NCBI RefSeq assembly: GCF_009914755.1
Contig: NC_060926.1
Strand: one strand, 5' to 3'
Origin: the human T2T-CHM13v2.0 reference genome, Homo sapiens
DNA: 64,000 nt
In this document: one piece after another, positions 28,245 through 41,005 of the stretch
Layout of the letters: each line of letters starts with the position of its first letter
Position numbering within the stretch: position 1 is the first letter of the stretch
The notes under the pieces: model-generated
Databases searched by the model: none
Told to the model about the DNA's origin: nothing
The model's input: the letters and a program-made list of their open reading frames with translations, nothing else
Program-made: the position numbers and the translations under genes

Positions 28245-30060
28245 ATTCAGTAATTCATTCAATCATTCAACAAACCTTTATTGAATGCTTTCAGTGTGCT
28301 AGTCACTGTGTGAAATACTAGAGAACAATGTAAATAAAGCACAGTTCCTACTCTCAAAGAGTTTATATGTTAGTAGAGAAGATATAAATATTGACAAAGT
28401 AGTATCACATGGTGTGATAGATGCTAGGATGTAGGCTTCTGCAGACAGGTATGAAAACCAAATGGAAAGCTAAGCAAACTAAAAAGACATGCAAAATGAA
28501 ATTTTCATAAGGTCCGTAAGTTTTAGGTAAAGGAAAAGGGGACTAAAGATTTTTTAGTAACTAGGATATGACATATGTAAAACACAAAGACCAGAAGATC
28601 CTGGAATGTTTGCAATCTACCTCCATATGGCTAGAATTCAAAATGCTAAAAGGGACATAGTAAGATAAACTCATTAGGACATAAAACATAAAGATTGTAG
28701 CATATCATGTTAAGGTGTTGGAACATTATTGTGAAGATAATAAACAACCATCCAAGGGCTGTAAGAAGGGGAGAGAATCATGAAGACAGTAATTTCAAAA
28801 TACTTGATAGCAATATGAGTAAACACAATTAGAAATGACAAACATTGCAATTGATCCCACAAAATTACAAAACATCCTCAGAGACTATTATGAGCACCTC
28901 CATGCACACAAACTAGAAAATCTAGAAGAAATGGATAAACTCCTGGAAACAAACAATGTCCCAAGATTGACTCAGGAAGAAATTGAAACCCTGAACAGAT
29001 GAATAATGAGTTCCAAAATTGAATCAGTAATAAAAATAAACCTACCAATTAAAAAAAAAATCCCTGGACCAAATGGATTCACAGCCAAATTCTACCAGAT
29101 ATACAAAGAAGAGATGGTACCAATCCTACTGAAATTATTCCTAAAAAATCAAGGAGGAGGGATTCCTCCCTACTCCTTTTATGAAACCAATATTATCCCG
29201 ATACCAAAATCTGGCAAAGATACAACAAAAAAAGAAAACCACAGGCCAATATTCCTGATGAACATAGACACAAAAGTCCTCAACAGGATACTAGCAAACT
29301 GAATCCAGCAGCATATCATAAAGTCAATTCACCATGATCAAGTAGACTTTATTCCTGGGAGGCAAATTTGTTTCAACATACACAAATCAATAAATGTGAT
29401 TCACCATGTAAACAGAATTACGAACAAAAACCATATGATAATTTCAATAGAGGCAGAAAAATCTTCAGATAAAATTCAGCATCTCTTCATGTTAAAAACT
29501 CTTAACAAACTAAGAACCAAAGGAACATACCTCAAGAAAAAGAGACATCTATGACAAACCCACAGCCAACATCATACTGAATGGGCAAAAGCTGGAAGCA
29601 TTCCCCCTAAGAACTAGAACAAGACAAAGTGCCCACTCTCACCACTCAACACGGTACCAGATGTGATAGCCAGAGCAAGTAGGCAAGAAAAGGAATTAGA
29701 AGGCATCCAGACAGGAAAAGGGAAAATCAAATTGTTCACTGATGATATGATTCTATACCTAGACAACCCTAAAGACTGCCAAAAGGCTCCCAGACCTGAT
29801 AAATAACTTTAGTAAAGTTCAGAACACAAAATTAACATTCAAAGTATTTGATAGCAATATGGAAGGTAAGTGGGGGAGAGGGATAATGAAGACAGTAGGA
29901 GAAATTGGGACGTTTTACAACCTAGAAAATAAATGAAAAGCCTTGAATGAAGAAAATGAGAGTGAAGATGGAATGAAGAGGTCAAATTCCGTGACACTTC
30001 CCTGTACACATGGTTTTCAGTAGTCACTGGGCTACACTGCTGATGACATGGAATATCAAG
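28245..30060 (-). mobile_element. L2 remnant split by an L1 fragment
   Basis: L2 3' end signature cattcaatcattcaacaaac...ttattgaatgc, with L2-like sequence continuing after 29861. Confidence 0.65.
28818..29837 (+). mobile_element. Internal L1 ORF2 fragment (RT-region N-terminus), no 3' UTR or poly(A)
   Basis: ORF 29006-29302 ([12 protein letters not shown]...[13 protein letters not shown]) is L1 ORF2p; flanked by a 24-bp direct repeat. Confidence 0.93.
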
Positions 30061-32273
30061 GTAGATTTTCATTTCACTCTAATGTTAGATAAGACAAGCA
30101 CTTCTTTTTTGGATCTCCAGAACTTTCACTGGAGAAGGCCCTGTGCCTTAAAATATATCATTCTGTTCCTCATTCCTGCCAAGGTATAATAAGTAATAAA
30201 GGAGGACCTGTACAATTTAGAGGCCTCAGCTTAGAGTGTTCAGGCTCCCAGATTGTAAACCTTAAATCATCTGATTTTTCCTTCTGCTTGCTAAATTGTG
30301 TATGAACATGTTGTGGGTGCAGGATTTCAGAACACTAATCTCTATCCCCACTCCAATTGTGAAAATAGCAGCTTGAGGAAAGGGATGAGGGGGAGTCAAG
30401 TAGCAGAAATTCCTCAGTTAGAAAGAAGAAAGTATTTGAAGGAATAAAAAACTTTACATTGTTTAATTCCATAAAAGGAATAAAAGAATCACTTGCAATT
30501 TTTTAAAATAAAACGTTATGTATTAAGCACCAAGCAAAGTCACTAATTACCATGTCACATAATATATTAACTTTAGAAATGGTCAATTAAAAAAAGCATT
30601 ACTGTTGAGAGGTGATATTGAAATAATACTGCCATTTATTTATTCTTCTAAAGGAAATTGGGAATCTTAAGCAAACTTATACTCTTATTTTTATACGCAT
30701 ACTATTATATTTAGTACTTAATCTGTGCAAATCCCAGAATGAGTTTTAAGCCTGGAATTTGAAAGCTTCATGGCCAAGAGCAAGGAACTGAAGAATGGGC
30801 TCTTGGGTCCTCAACTGAAACGTGGATATTTGAAGTAGGTAATGAACTCCAAGAGCCAACTTGCGGCCTACCCAGGTCTCATGTGTAATTTCACTGTCGT
30901 AAAAAGATGTCCTTCCTCCATATTTTCTTGAAACTGAAGGTGCTGTATGTCCAACTGCATTATAACCAAAATAATGTCCAGAAGATCAAATGTCTGGCCA
31001 GAGCTTTCTGTGATTGAGGGCCAGACAGTTGGATAAGTCCCTGAGTGCTTTAGTAGACTAAGCTAGAATATTCATACACTTCTGGGATAAAGATAGGATT
31101 CTTATTTCCAGAGAGACCTATGAAGAAAGTATAGGTCTCTGAGAGGCCACCTCCCATATCTTGCCGAAACCCCAGAGTCTTTTTCCTCCCATTTACACCC
31201 CGAGAATCCTACTCAGACCTTTACATTTTGTCGATAATTGTGACGTTTTTCACCCTTTTTGCATTTTCCTTGTCTAAAAAAACGTTCAGAATCAGATATG
31301 AGTCTGTTAAATTCCCTGGGAAGCTATCAAGATTCTTCCCAGTCTCCCTTTCCACCTGTACTAACTATATGGTCATATACATTACAGAATATCACAGAAC
31401 GACATTTATAACTATGTTCTGAATGAATGTATAAATAAATACATCAATTCATTAAAGCATTAATTTTAAAGGTTGGTGGAGAAGTACTAAAAAATGAAAA
31501 TAAAGTAAAATAGAAAGATACTTATTTCACTCCAATAAGACCCCTCAGAGGTTTATGAGCTCATTTCCTCATAGCAGTCATGGGGTCTAGAGTATCTCAA
31601 CCTCATGTTAAGTTACAAATGCAGCATGCAATATCTTTTCTTTTTATTATCTTTGGCTGGTCTCATTGGGGGAATGCCTCTTTTAGAAAATATTTTTTGA
31701 AATTTTTCTACAAAATGTCACTATTTGGACATCAAACAGCCACATTCCAAAGCTAGTTTGTCACCTCAGAGGTGCAGCTATTTACGGTAAAGAAACTTCT
31801 CAATGGGAAAAATGCTTTTGAGTTGTCTAGGTCTTTTTGAGTTAGTTTATAATTGATCTTACTAATGAAGTATTGTGAACTTTGTAGGTACAGAAGAGGG
31901 TACACTGGACTTTGTGTCTTTGTAACACTGTAAACCTACCTTTTCTGTAGCACTTCTCATTTCCTACTATGATTATACATTTTTCTTTCTATCACCATAC
32001 ACTGTGAGTATGTGAGAAACATCTGCATGTCTTACTCCTCTCTTCCCAGCTCTGTAACCGAGAGAGTCAATGCTCAGTAACTGTTGAAGGAATGAACAAA
32101 CTTGCTTATTTAGAAGAATACACATTATGGGATATTGTGATAGCACCAAGTATAAAAAGCAACATGTTCTCAGGTTCTCAGAGAAATGCCCTTTTTCTGA
32201 AGATGATTTAATCTATGTCTGCTTTGAGGGGGAAGTAGTTAAGGGAGAGGATGGAGTTAGTTTTGATGGAAAG

Positions 32274-32682
32274 TGTATTAGTCCATTCTCACCATTGCTA
32301 TAAAGAAACACCTGAGAAAGAGTAATCTATAAAAAACAAAAAAAGAGGTTTAATTGGCTCACGTTCCACCGGCTGTACAGGAAGCATGACAGCATCTGCT
32401 TTGGGGGAGGTCTCAGGGAGTTTTACTCACGGCAGAAGGCAAACAGGGAGAAGGCAGCTTATGTGGCAGGAGCAGGACCGAGGTTTAAAAGTGTTTACAT
32501 ACTTTTGAACAACGAGATCTCATGAGAACTCCATCATGAGATAGCACCGAGGGGATGGTGCTAACCATTCATGAAGGATCCACCCCCATGATCCAGTCAC
32601 CTCCCGCCAAGCCCCACCTCCAACACCGGAGATTCCAATTCTCCATGAGATTTCAGTGGGGACACAGCTCCAAACCATTTGA
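32274..32682 (-). mobile_element. MST (MaLR) solo LTR
   Basis: tgtattagtccattctc ... caaaccatttga; 5-bp TSD gaaag on both sides. Confidence 0.93.
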
Positions 32683-33345
32683 GAAAGATTCTGTTTTCTG
32701 ACTTCAAACAGGAAAGTGATGATTAAGATGGTGACTCTGAGGCAGACCATCCACCTTCAAACCCTGGCTCTGCTGCTGATGACTCTGGTCCTCCAGCAAG
32801 GTTTTTAGCTTTTCTGTGGATTAATTGTCTTATTTATAAAATGAGATACTAATAGTAACTGCCTCATAGTATTGCTATATCAGTTAAGGAGATAATATAT
32901 GTAAAGCACTTAAAATAGTGTCTGGTACATAATTCAGTACTATATGAAGGTAGTTGTTACAGTGGTGGTGTTTGTGGTTATGGTCAGGGTGGTTTTTATT
33001 ATTATTTCACAGGTTAAAACTTGTGACATCCAAGAATACATGAGTTGAAAGGGCCTCAAAATTTATCTCATCTGAAACCCATGTAATAGGTTTGTTTAGT
33101 CCTTAAGATCTGAAAAATGTTTTGCATCCTCAAATTCTGTGGGTCCTTCAGGCCCCAACATCCAGTTTATTTTTTATCTGGGAATAGTTGGTCAGAATCA
33201 CTTCCAGAGACTGAACAGTGAATGCTTATTTCAGTGTCTGTCTTTCCTGGAAGGATCATGACACATCAGTCCATGTGCTTTCTCTGTGGCCATGCTCTAG
33301 GGCTGGTGTAGGATAATTTGAATAGAAAACTAACAACTTCCCTTT

Positions 33346-33413
33346 ACACTCTGCCCCCGATCTTGAAGAAGATCCTGCAAGTTGGATCTTCTTCAAGATC
33401 GGGGGCAGAGTGT
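33346..33413. repeat. Perfect inverted repeat, 30-bp arms, 8-nt spacer
   Basis: acactctgcccccgatcttgaagaagatcc-tgcaagtt-ggatcttcttcaagatcgggggcagagtgt. Confidence 0.97.
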
Positions 33414-33428
33414 GATGAGAAGTTGTTA

Positions 33429-33499
33429 TTATTACAGTAAGTAGCACAGTAAATTTTACCCATTCTATACTGAGCACCCTCTGCTACTTACTGTAATAA
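33429..33499. repeat. Inverted repeat, 18-bp arms, 35-nt spacer
   Basis: ttattacagtaagtagca (33429-33446) and tgctacttactgtaataa (33482-33499). Confidence 0.93.
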
Positions 33500-35305
33500 C
33501 AGTTAACAGTGTTAACAATCATCAATAGCTTTCAAAGTTATACAAAACTTCACTACTTTCAAAGTGCATTTATATAATGATCATATTTTGTATTCAAAGC
33601 CTTTCTGCAAACCTATGATTGGATTCCTAGTTTTGCAGAAGAAGGAATGAAGCTCTGAAAGAGTAAAGATTGAAGACAAAATGGCAGAGCCATACCTACC
33701 TGCTCCCTATCCAGTGCTCTCTCACTATAGCATATTTATTTTTTGATAACCCGAGAAAGAAAAGGAACCCATTGCCTGAATATTTCTTGGGCATCTGGGA
33801 TTTGGAAAGCACTAATGAAAGCCTGTGATATGCACAGTGTATGCTCCGACTAAAGATAGAATACAGCCTCATGTCCACAGCAGGGAAGATCCATTGCAAA
33901 TCCTCTAACTGATCATTTGTGCACATTTTCTTCAAGGACAATTCGTTGCATATATGAAGGCCTCCTGCCAGGGTCAGAGGTGATCCAAAATTAACATATT
34001 TGATGAGTCTGATGCCCTGGTGGGGAATGCCAGACAGGAAGGAAAAAGACCAGGAAAATAGCAGGAATCGTTCTAAACACTTTACATATGGGAACTCCTT
34101 TATTTCTCAGAGCACCCCTGTATGGTACTATTGTAGTCTCATTTTACAGATGAGAAAACTGAAGCACAAAAGTTAAGCACTTGCTCAAGATAATATTCTA
34201 TGTAATTGGCAGAGTCTTACAGAATCCTTTAACTGTGGCTATTTCTATAACAGAACTCTAAATAGAAGCACAGCTGGAATACGCTGTCTTTTGGGCTTCT
34301 GTGATTCAGACATGGCCATCACATGCCATGTGTCCAGCCTGTTTTCTTTGGTATTTTAATTTTTGTGGGTTTTTTTAAACATTATGGGTAGCCTACTGAT
34401 GGAGGTATCAAAAAAAAAAAAGAAACTTCCCAGAGCATTTCATTATCATATTCAATCGGTATTATAATTAAGTAATTAAATGTTAACATTTTAAATGTAT
34501 TCTAATTAGAATATCTACTTATATAACAAAATAAAATATTACATAAGAAAGCCTTTTCAGTTTGAGTTCCTTAATTGCTCTTAAGTGTCTTGTCATCGGT
34601 CATTGACAACATCAACTCTCTATGACTTGCTTTCCACTCACTAAGCCCCCAAAACCCTAGGATGCTCATGCCAGTCCTGAGAGCTTCACCTTAATTAGAG
34701 ATGCGAGATGCATGTGCTGAACTGGTGAGATTTTGGCATATGAACTTAGATTCCCTCATCTGAGCTGAGACAGTGCCTTGCAGGGTATGAGTTCATTCAT
34801 GCTGCAGCTGCGAGTGAGGCAACAGGGAACTCACCCCAAGATATTGGACAGTCAGGGAGGCCAGGCTCCAAAGAAGGCAGGGCACAGGAATGGTGTTGAA
34901 GAGAAAAGCTTAAAGGGTAGCTCTGGTTATGTCCCCCTTAGAATTCTGAATATGTAGAATAAACACGTAAAAAGCAAACAAAATGTTACTTGGAAGGTAA
35001 GAAATGAATTGATGAGAGCTCCAAGTGCCTTAGGTCGGAGGATCCAGATTGCAGCAGGCAACAAGCACAGGTTGATGTTGTTATTCATCAACAGAGGAGC
35101 AGTCGGGTAACAGACAGCCAAGGTAGCTAAGCAATGTGGGAACTGCTGAAAGCCAGTTGAGCCCACAAACCTTGAAGTCAGAGTCATCAAGAAGAAGACC
35201 TAAAGAAGGGCTGAAATATTGACAAATGAACAGGTAAATAGACAGTCCTTTTTATTTACAAGGACTACCTGCCTAGTCAGGTGTCTGTATGTGTATCTGC
35301 AAACT

Positions 35306-35620
35306 CATATATATATCATATATTTTATTATATACATATTATATATGTTACATATATTATATTATATATTATATCTATCTTAATTATATACAATATACAT
35401 AGTATATTGTATATTACATATACATATAAAAGTAATGTGCATATTATACATATTGTATACTATATATACATGTTTTATAATCATATAATATACATATAAT
35501 ATACATATTATGTATACTTGTAAATCTTAATATATACAGATACACATATTATATATCTTGATATGTACTGATACACGTATTATATATTAATATAATATAT
35601 TATATATAAATACTATATTG
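35306..35620. repeat. Degenerate (TA)n / AT-rich low-complexity tract
   Basis: About 300 bp of TA/TACA-type alternation. Confidence 0.9.
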
Positions 35621-35629
35621 TCAAGCATA

Positions 35630-36300
35630 TGATGAAAAGTAAACATACCTATGGCTACTGAACTATTGAAGTAAAATGGTCTGTTGGCAGAGACAGAATA
35701 ATTAGATAATTACACCATAAACTTAAGGTAAAACTGCAATGCTGATAAGTGCTATACAGGAGAGGTCAACGTGCTGTGAGAATACTTGATTGATAGAAGA
35801 TTTGACCTAGGCAGAAAGGTCATGAAAGTGTTTCTAGAGAGAATAAGATTTGTGCTGAATCAGAAGCATGATTAGAGCTTACCTAAAAGGGGGAAAGAGG
35901 ACCCTTGGATAGAGAGACATTTAAGTGCAAAGCCCGAGTGACAAGAAAGGGAGCAGGTGGACGGCTTAGACTGCTGGAGCAGAGAGATAAGAGGGCTGCA
36001 TGGTTAAAACTGAAGCTGGAATCATATCTAGGGCCCTAGTGGGCACAGTAAGTTTTTCATACTGAGGAGTTTGTTCTTTATTTGAAGTGCCATGGAAGGC
36101 ATTTAAGTGTAAGCAGAAACATGGGAGGAGGGGAAAGACAACTAATAAGATATGTGATTTGAGCAGAGCTCTCTGAACTGTGCATGCTGGACTAAAAGAA
36201 ACCAGAGTATGTGTCCAAATGCAAGTTGAAAGGCAATCGATCTCGATGACAGGAGCTTCGCTAGGAAGACGAAAAGAATTGGACAGATTGAAAGCAACAG
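35630..36300 (-). mobile_element. L2 remnant
   Basis: Purine-rich antisense L2-like motifs (gataagtgctat, gacctaggc...ggtcatgaaag, ggaaggcatttaagt). Confidence 0.55.
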
Positions 36301-36789
36301 AAATTCTGTCATCTCTCAATTTCTGATGTCAAACCACCACAATTTAAACTAGCTGATACAATTTGATCTTATTGAACTTCCCTTCCCTGTAGTTTAGAAA
36401 AAATGTCATGGCAAAAACATGGAATTATGACAAGAATTTATGAGAATAATACTTCAGGAGCTGCATGGGTCATCCCAGACCTAGAAGGAAACTGAGAAAG
36501 AACAGCTAATACTTACGTAGCCCCAAGAATGACAGAGTGAGTGCTGTGAATAGTTTGAGAAAGGAAAAAGAAAAAGGAAATTGCTTTGAAACACTTGAGA
36601 CCTTTGGCATTACTTGAGGGTTGAAGAGATTAGATTACAAGGAATTGAGAAGAGAGAAATTAATAAAACTATAGAGACAACATGGATAAACCACCCTCGG
36701 GAGATAATACTTTAGGGAAAGGGAGAGCTTAGTGAAAGGGCATCAGGTCAAGGGAAAGTAATAGGAAGGAATATTATCTTTAAGTCTAA

Positions 36790-37910
36790 ACAGAATCTTT
36801 ATTAAGTATGATGTTAGCCATAAGCTTTTTCATAGATGTTCTTTATTAGACTGAGGAATTTCCCCTTTATTCCTATTTTGCTAAGAAGTTTTATCAGGAA
36901 TGAATGTTGAGCTTTTTTAAATAGTTTTTTCTGCATCTATTGAGATACTCATACTGGCTTTCCTTCTATTCTGCTAATATTATGAACTAAACTCATTTAT
37001 CTCTCCAAATTTAAATCAGGCCGTATTTCTGTAATAAACCCTTTCTGATCTTAATTTATCTGCTTTATATATATTCATTACTTTGATTTACTATTTTCTT
37101 GGATTTTTAAATATGTGTTCATGAGAAGTGTTTGCCTTTTATTTGTTTTCTTTTACTTCCTTTTGTTTTATAATGTCTGTGTCAGGTTTTATTATCAGAG
37201 TGAGGTTGGCCTCTTAAAATGAGTTGAAGAGTGTTTTTCTTTCTTTCTCTTTCTTTTTCTTTTCTTCTTTCTTTTTCATTTCTTCTTTCTTTTTCATTTC
37301 ATTTCCTTTTTTCTTTTCTTTTCTTTTCTTTTCTTTTCAATGGTGGAGGGGTGGGAGTGCAGTGGCACCATCAAAGAGTGCTAAACCTCAAACTCCTGGG
37401 CTCAAGTGATTCTCCTGCCTCAGCTTCCTAAGTAGCTGGGACAATACATGGATGGCACTGCATCCCACCCCTCCATTTCCTGAAAAGTTTTCTGCAGACA
37501 AAGAATGCCGATTCTTTCTTCCTAAGATGTTTTATAAAATCCACCCATTAAAACTTCTAGGCCTTGAGTTTTCTTTATGTAAGTGTTTTCTCTGTAGAAT
37601 ATTAATCTATTTGATATGGTTGAACTTAAGTATTTCAGTTTATTATTAGTCATTTGTGATTTTCTTCCTCTATTCTTTTTTCTACCATCATTGAGATTTG
37701 AATATTTTTATAACTGCATTTTATTTTATTGATTTGACTTTTATCTATACCTTTTATTTTGGCATTTTTTGGTAGTTGCAAGATGTGAAATATATTGAGT
37801 TTTCAGTGTCAGCTTACAGCTAATTTTGTATCACTTAAAGGAAAAATAGAAACTTCCAATCACATACATTAAACAGGTCCATGTATCCCAACCCTCTTCT
37901 TTATGCTGTA
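36790..37910 (-). mobile_element. Old L1M fragment containing a partial Alu with an expanded CT-rich tail (37235-37470)
   Basis: attaagtatgatgttagc...ttttttctgcatctattgagat; Alu J-type right-arm piece aactcctgggctcaagtgattctcctgcctcagc. Confidence 0.8.
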
Positions 37911-39067
37911 TTTGAAGATTATCTGGAGGTTTCTGGTAGGCATCAGCTTAGGAAATAAAGAAGAATACTTTTTATAAAATATAACTGTAACAGTCATCAG
38001 AGAATTACATATAATTCTCCCATGTCACGATTCAGAGATGTAGATTGATTTTTCCAACACAAAACAATTAGCTGCTTGCCAGTGATGATTTTGAATCCAA
38101 CCTTTATCAAGCTCCAACATTTGATAAAATTCTGTGGTGGCAGTACCTCCTCTGCCATAAGAGGAAGTAAAGGGTAAATAAAGATTTGGAAATATCCTGA
38201 GGTGGAGCAGAAAGGGAAAGGAGACTTCATCTACCTGCCCTGATGCAAGGTGACAAAAGAATCATTCCAAACTCACACCTTAGGGAAGAGTACAGGCTCT
38301 GGAGACTGACAGGTTTTGGTGAATTTGTTGATGTAATGATATTTTTACTTCTCTTTTGTCCTCAACAGCATCAAGAACAATTCTTTATACAGGTCCACAA
38401 AAAGTAAATGTTCTTGGTTAGCTGACTGTGACAGATTCTCATGGGACAAACTGAAATGATTGAATATATGTATTTTATTGTTCTCAGAAGGTCAAATTTT
38501 GCTTGTTTCCAGCTACTTTGAATGAATGAAACAGACACTCTTCAGAGCATATTTTTTCTTTTTTTTCCTCTTTTTTCAAATTATTCACAATTCACAAAAT
38601 CATTCAAAATGAAACAAGAAGAAATATGAATAGGACCAGCCCTCTTTGACTCCTACAGAGGGTATCGTTAAGAACCAGGGCTATAAAGAAGCATGATGCA
38701 TTACAGGAAACAAACTGTCCAGTAACAACTTTTTTCATTAAGTTTAAGTGGCTCCCCATGTGGAGGTTTTCAGTGAGCCTTGCAGGCACCCCAGCAGTTA
38801 GATCCCAAGGAGGGATGTTTCCTGCCTTAATATTGACTATTGATCAGCTTTGGCCCAGAGTAATTCAGGGAATTTCTGAACTATGCAAGGAGCTAAAACT
38901 ATGCTTTGTCCAATTACATCTGAATCCTAGTTTTGGAGAGGAACTGCTCACTCCTTTCCAAGTTTGTTCTTTCCATGTTCTTCCCATCAAGTGTAAAATA
39001 TTTTAAAGTTCTCTTTAATTCTGTGAAGTTATTCTTGTTATAGTCATCAATAGTAATCCTTTATCTT

Positions 39068-39274
<207 letters not shown>

Positions 39275-39740
39275 AATGATCCTTTATCTTAAAATTATCT
39301 CTTTCAATTGCTTTGTAGTTTCTTTATCTTTATTGGACCCTGACTGATACAGAGCCATAGAACTGAGATTAACAGAAAAAGTCTTGATTAAAACTAGTGA
39401 CTGCCAAGCTATTTACAGAGAAGCATTATGGGGAAAAATCAGAATATAAAATTAATTCAAGATTGGGGAAAAAGAATCAGATGAAATCAGAGGCTCTTGG
39501 GATACAGCCCAAGACTGTAGCATGAGCAAGAAAAATCCAATCAAGCCTGGGAGAATTGCAATTGATAGATATGTCTCAGCAAACTGATGATGTATTTCCA
39601 AATCTCAAGGTTTTTCAAACTGGCAATAATAAGATTTCCTATATTTGCCTAGGACAGGTATAAATAGCATAAAAATTAACAATCAGATTAAAATTGTCTG
39701 GCGTAAAAAAATAAAAATGGAATTAATCTCTACTAGAGTG

Positions 39741-40198
39741 TGTAACAGTTAAAGAAAGAGAAAAGAAACATGAAAAGCAGCTCAACAGTGAAAGATAGAT
39801 TTATTTTGGAGAATAAACCTGAGAGGGGCTTCTGGCCGATTTCGGTTGGGACCATTCTCTCTTACAGACTAAGAGTATTTATTGGTGAGAGAGCTTATCA
39901 CAAGCTTGGAATGTTTCTATTTGGGGGAGAAGTTTATGGCAGGATTGGAATGTCTCCGGTCAGAGGGAGGTTATCTTGGAGCTGACATCTCTCTGGCCGG
40001 TGGGGGCGGTTATCTCAGGGCTGGCATGTCTTGGGTCAAGGAGGTTGGAATGTATCTGGTTGGAGATGTCATTTTTGGTTTACGGTCATGATGACCTTAG
40101 CCATTAGGCTGATGCCCTTTGGATTTAGGCAGTTTTTGATCAAGGAGGACTTTGGAATGGCAGTGCTTGTCCAAGATGGCAATGTTCCTGCTCTGTCA
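39741..40198 (-). mobile_element. Solo ERV1 LTR (MER61-like)
   Basis: Minus strand starts tgacagagcaggaacattgccatcttggacaagc; TG...CA termini; gagtg direct repeat on both flanks. Confidence 0.8.
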
Positions 40199-40586
40199 GA
40201 GTGCAAAGGAAAGCATACAATGCTATAGAAATCACTAGCAATAGGGAAGATTCAAACCAACTCAGGAAGGAAACATATAAGCAAGTAAGTCATGAAACTC
40301 AGCAATACAAAGCCTGTGTTTTATATTTTTGTTAGTTATCTGATTATTTAATTCTAGAAGAGAGAGCACTCATAGCATATTGTAACCATGACAGAAATCT
40401 GACTTAGGTGATACGGAAACACTGTGGTGATTTCAGAAAGGGTAAGGAAAGATAATACAGTCCAAGATGGGGCCCCTTCCTATCACACAGAGGAAAATCT
40501 TAGAATGCATAGCTGCAAATTCAGAAAGGTGGCCTCTGAAGATTGGGGAACTTAAGAACATTTATATTCACAAATAACACATCTAC

Positions 40587-40695
40587 CTCCTGGAGAAACT
40601 CCCACTGCTGGTTTGAATATCACCTGAAGAACAGAAGGCTAAAGATTCCAATGTGTGGATTTGTAAAGTGACAACTTCCAGAGCTTCATCAGAAA
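40587..40695 (-). other. Candidate spliced exon (109 nt)
   Basis: Minus-strand ttcattcattcag acceptor and GAG|gtagat donor around non-repeat sequence; motif evidence only. Confidence 0.25.
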
Positions 40696-40753
40696 CTGAA
40701 TGAATGAACACTAGCATAATAGGCATGCTGAGAAAATTCTTAAAAACATTTTT

Positions 40754-41005
40754 AGGCGGGTGGTCACCTGAGGTCAGGAGTTTGAGACCAGCCTGACCAA
40801 TATGGTGAAACCCCATCTCTACTAAAAATACCAAAAAAATTATCTGGGCATGGTGACACAGGCCTGTAGTCCCAGCTACTAAGGAGTCTGGGACAGAAGA
40901 ATTTCTTGGACCCAGGAGGTGGAGGTTGCAGTGAGCCAAGATCGTGCCACTGCAATCTAGCCTGGGCTATGAAGTGGGACTCTGTCTCAAAGGAAAAAAA
41001 AAAAT
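40754..41005 (+). mobile_element. AluS, 5'-truncated
   Basis: cacctgaggtcaggagtttgagacc... with A tail. Confidence 0.92.

Noticed and set aside
31112-31140. 10-bp inverted repeat agagacctat/ataggtctct
   Set aside because: Short enough to be expected by chance in 64 kb.
39900-40060. Possible p53 response element in the MER61-like LTR
   Set aside because: Only a single imperfect half-site (tggcatgtct) is visible; no paired RRRCWWGYYY decamers.
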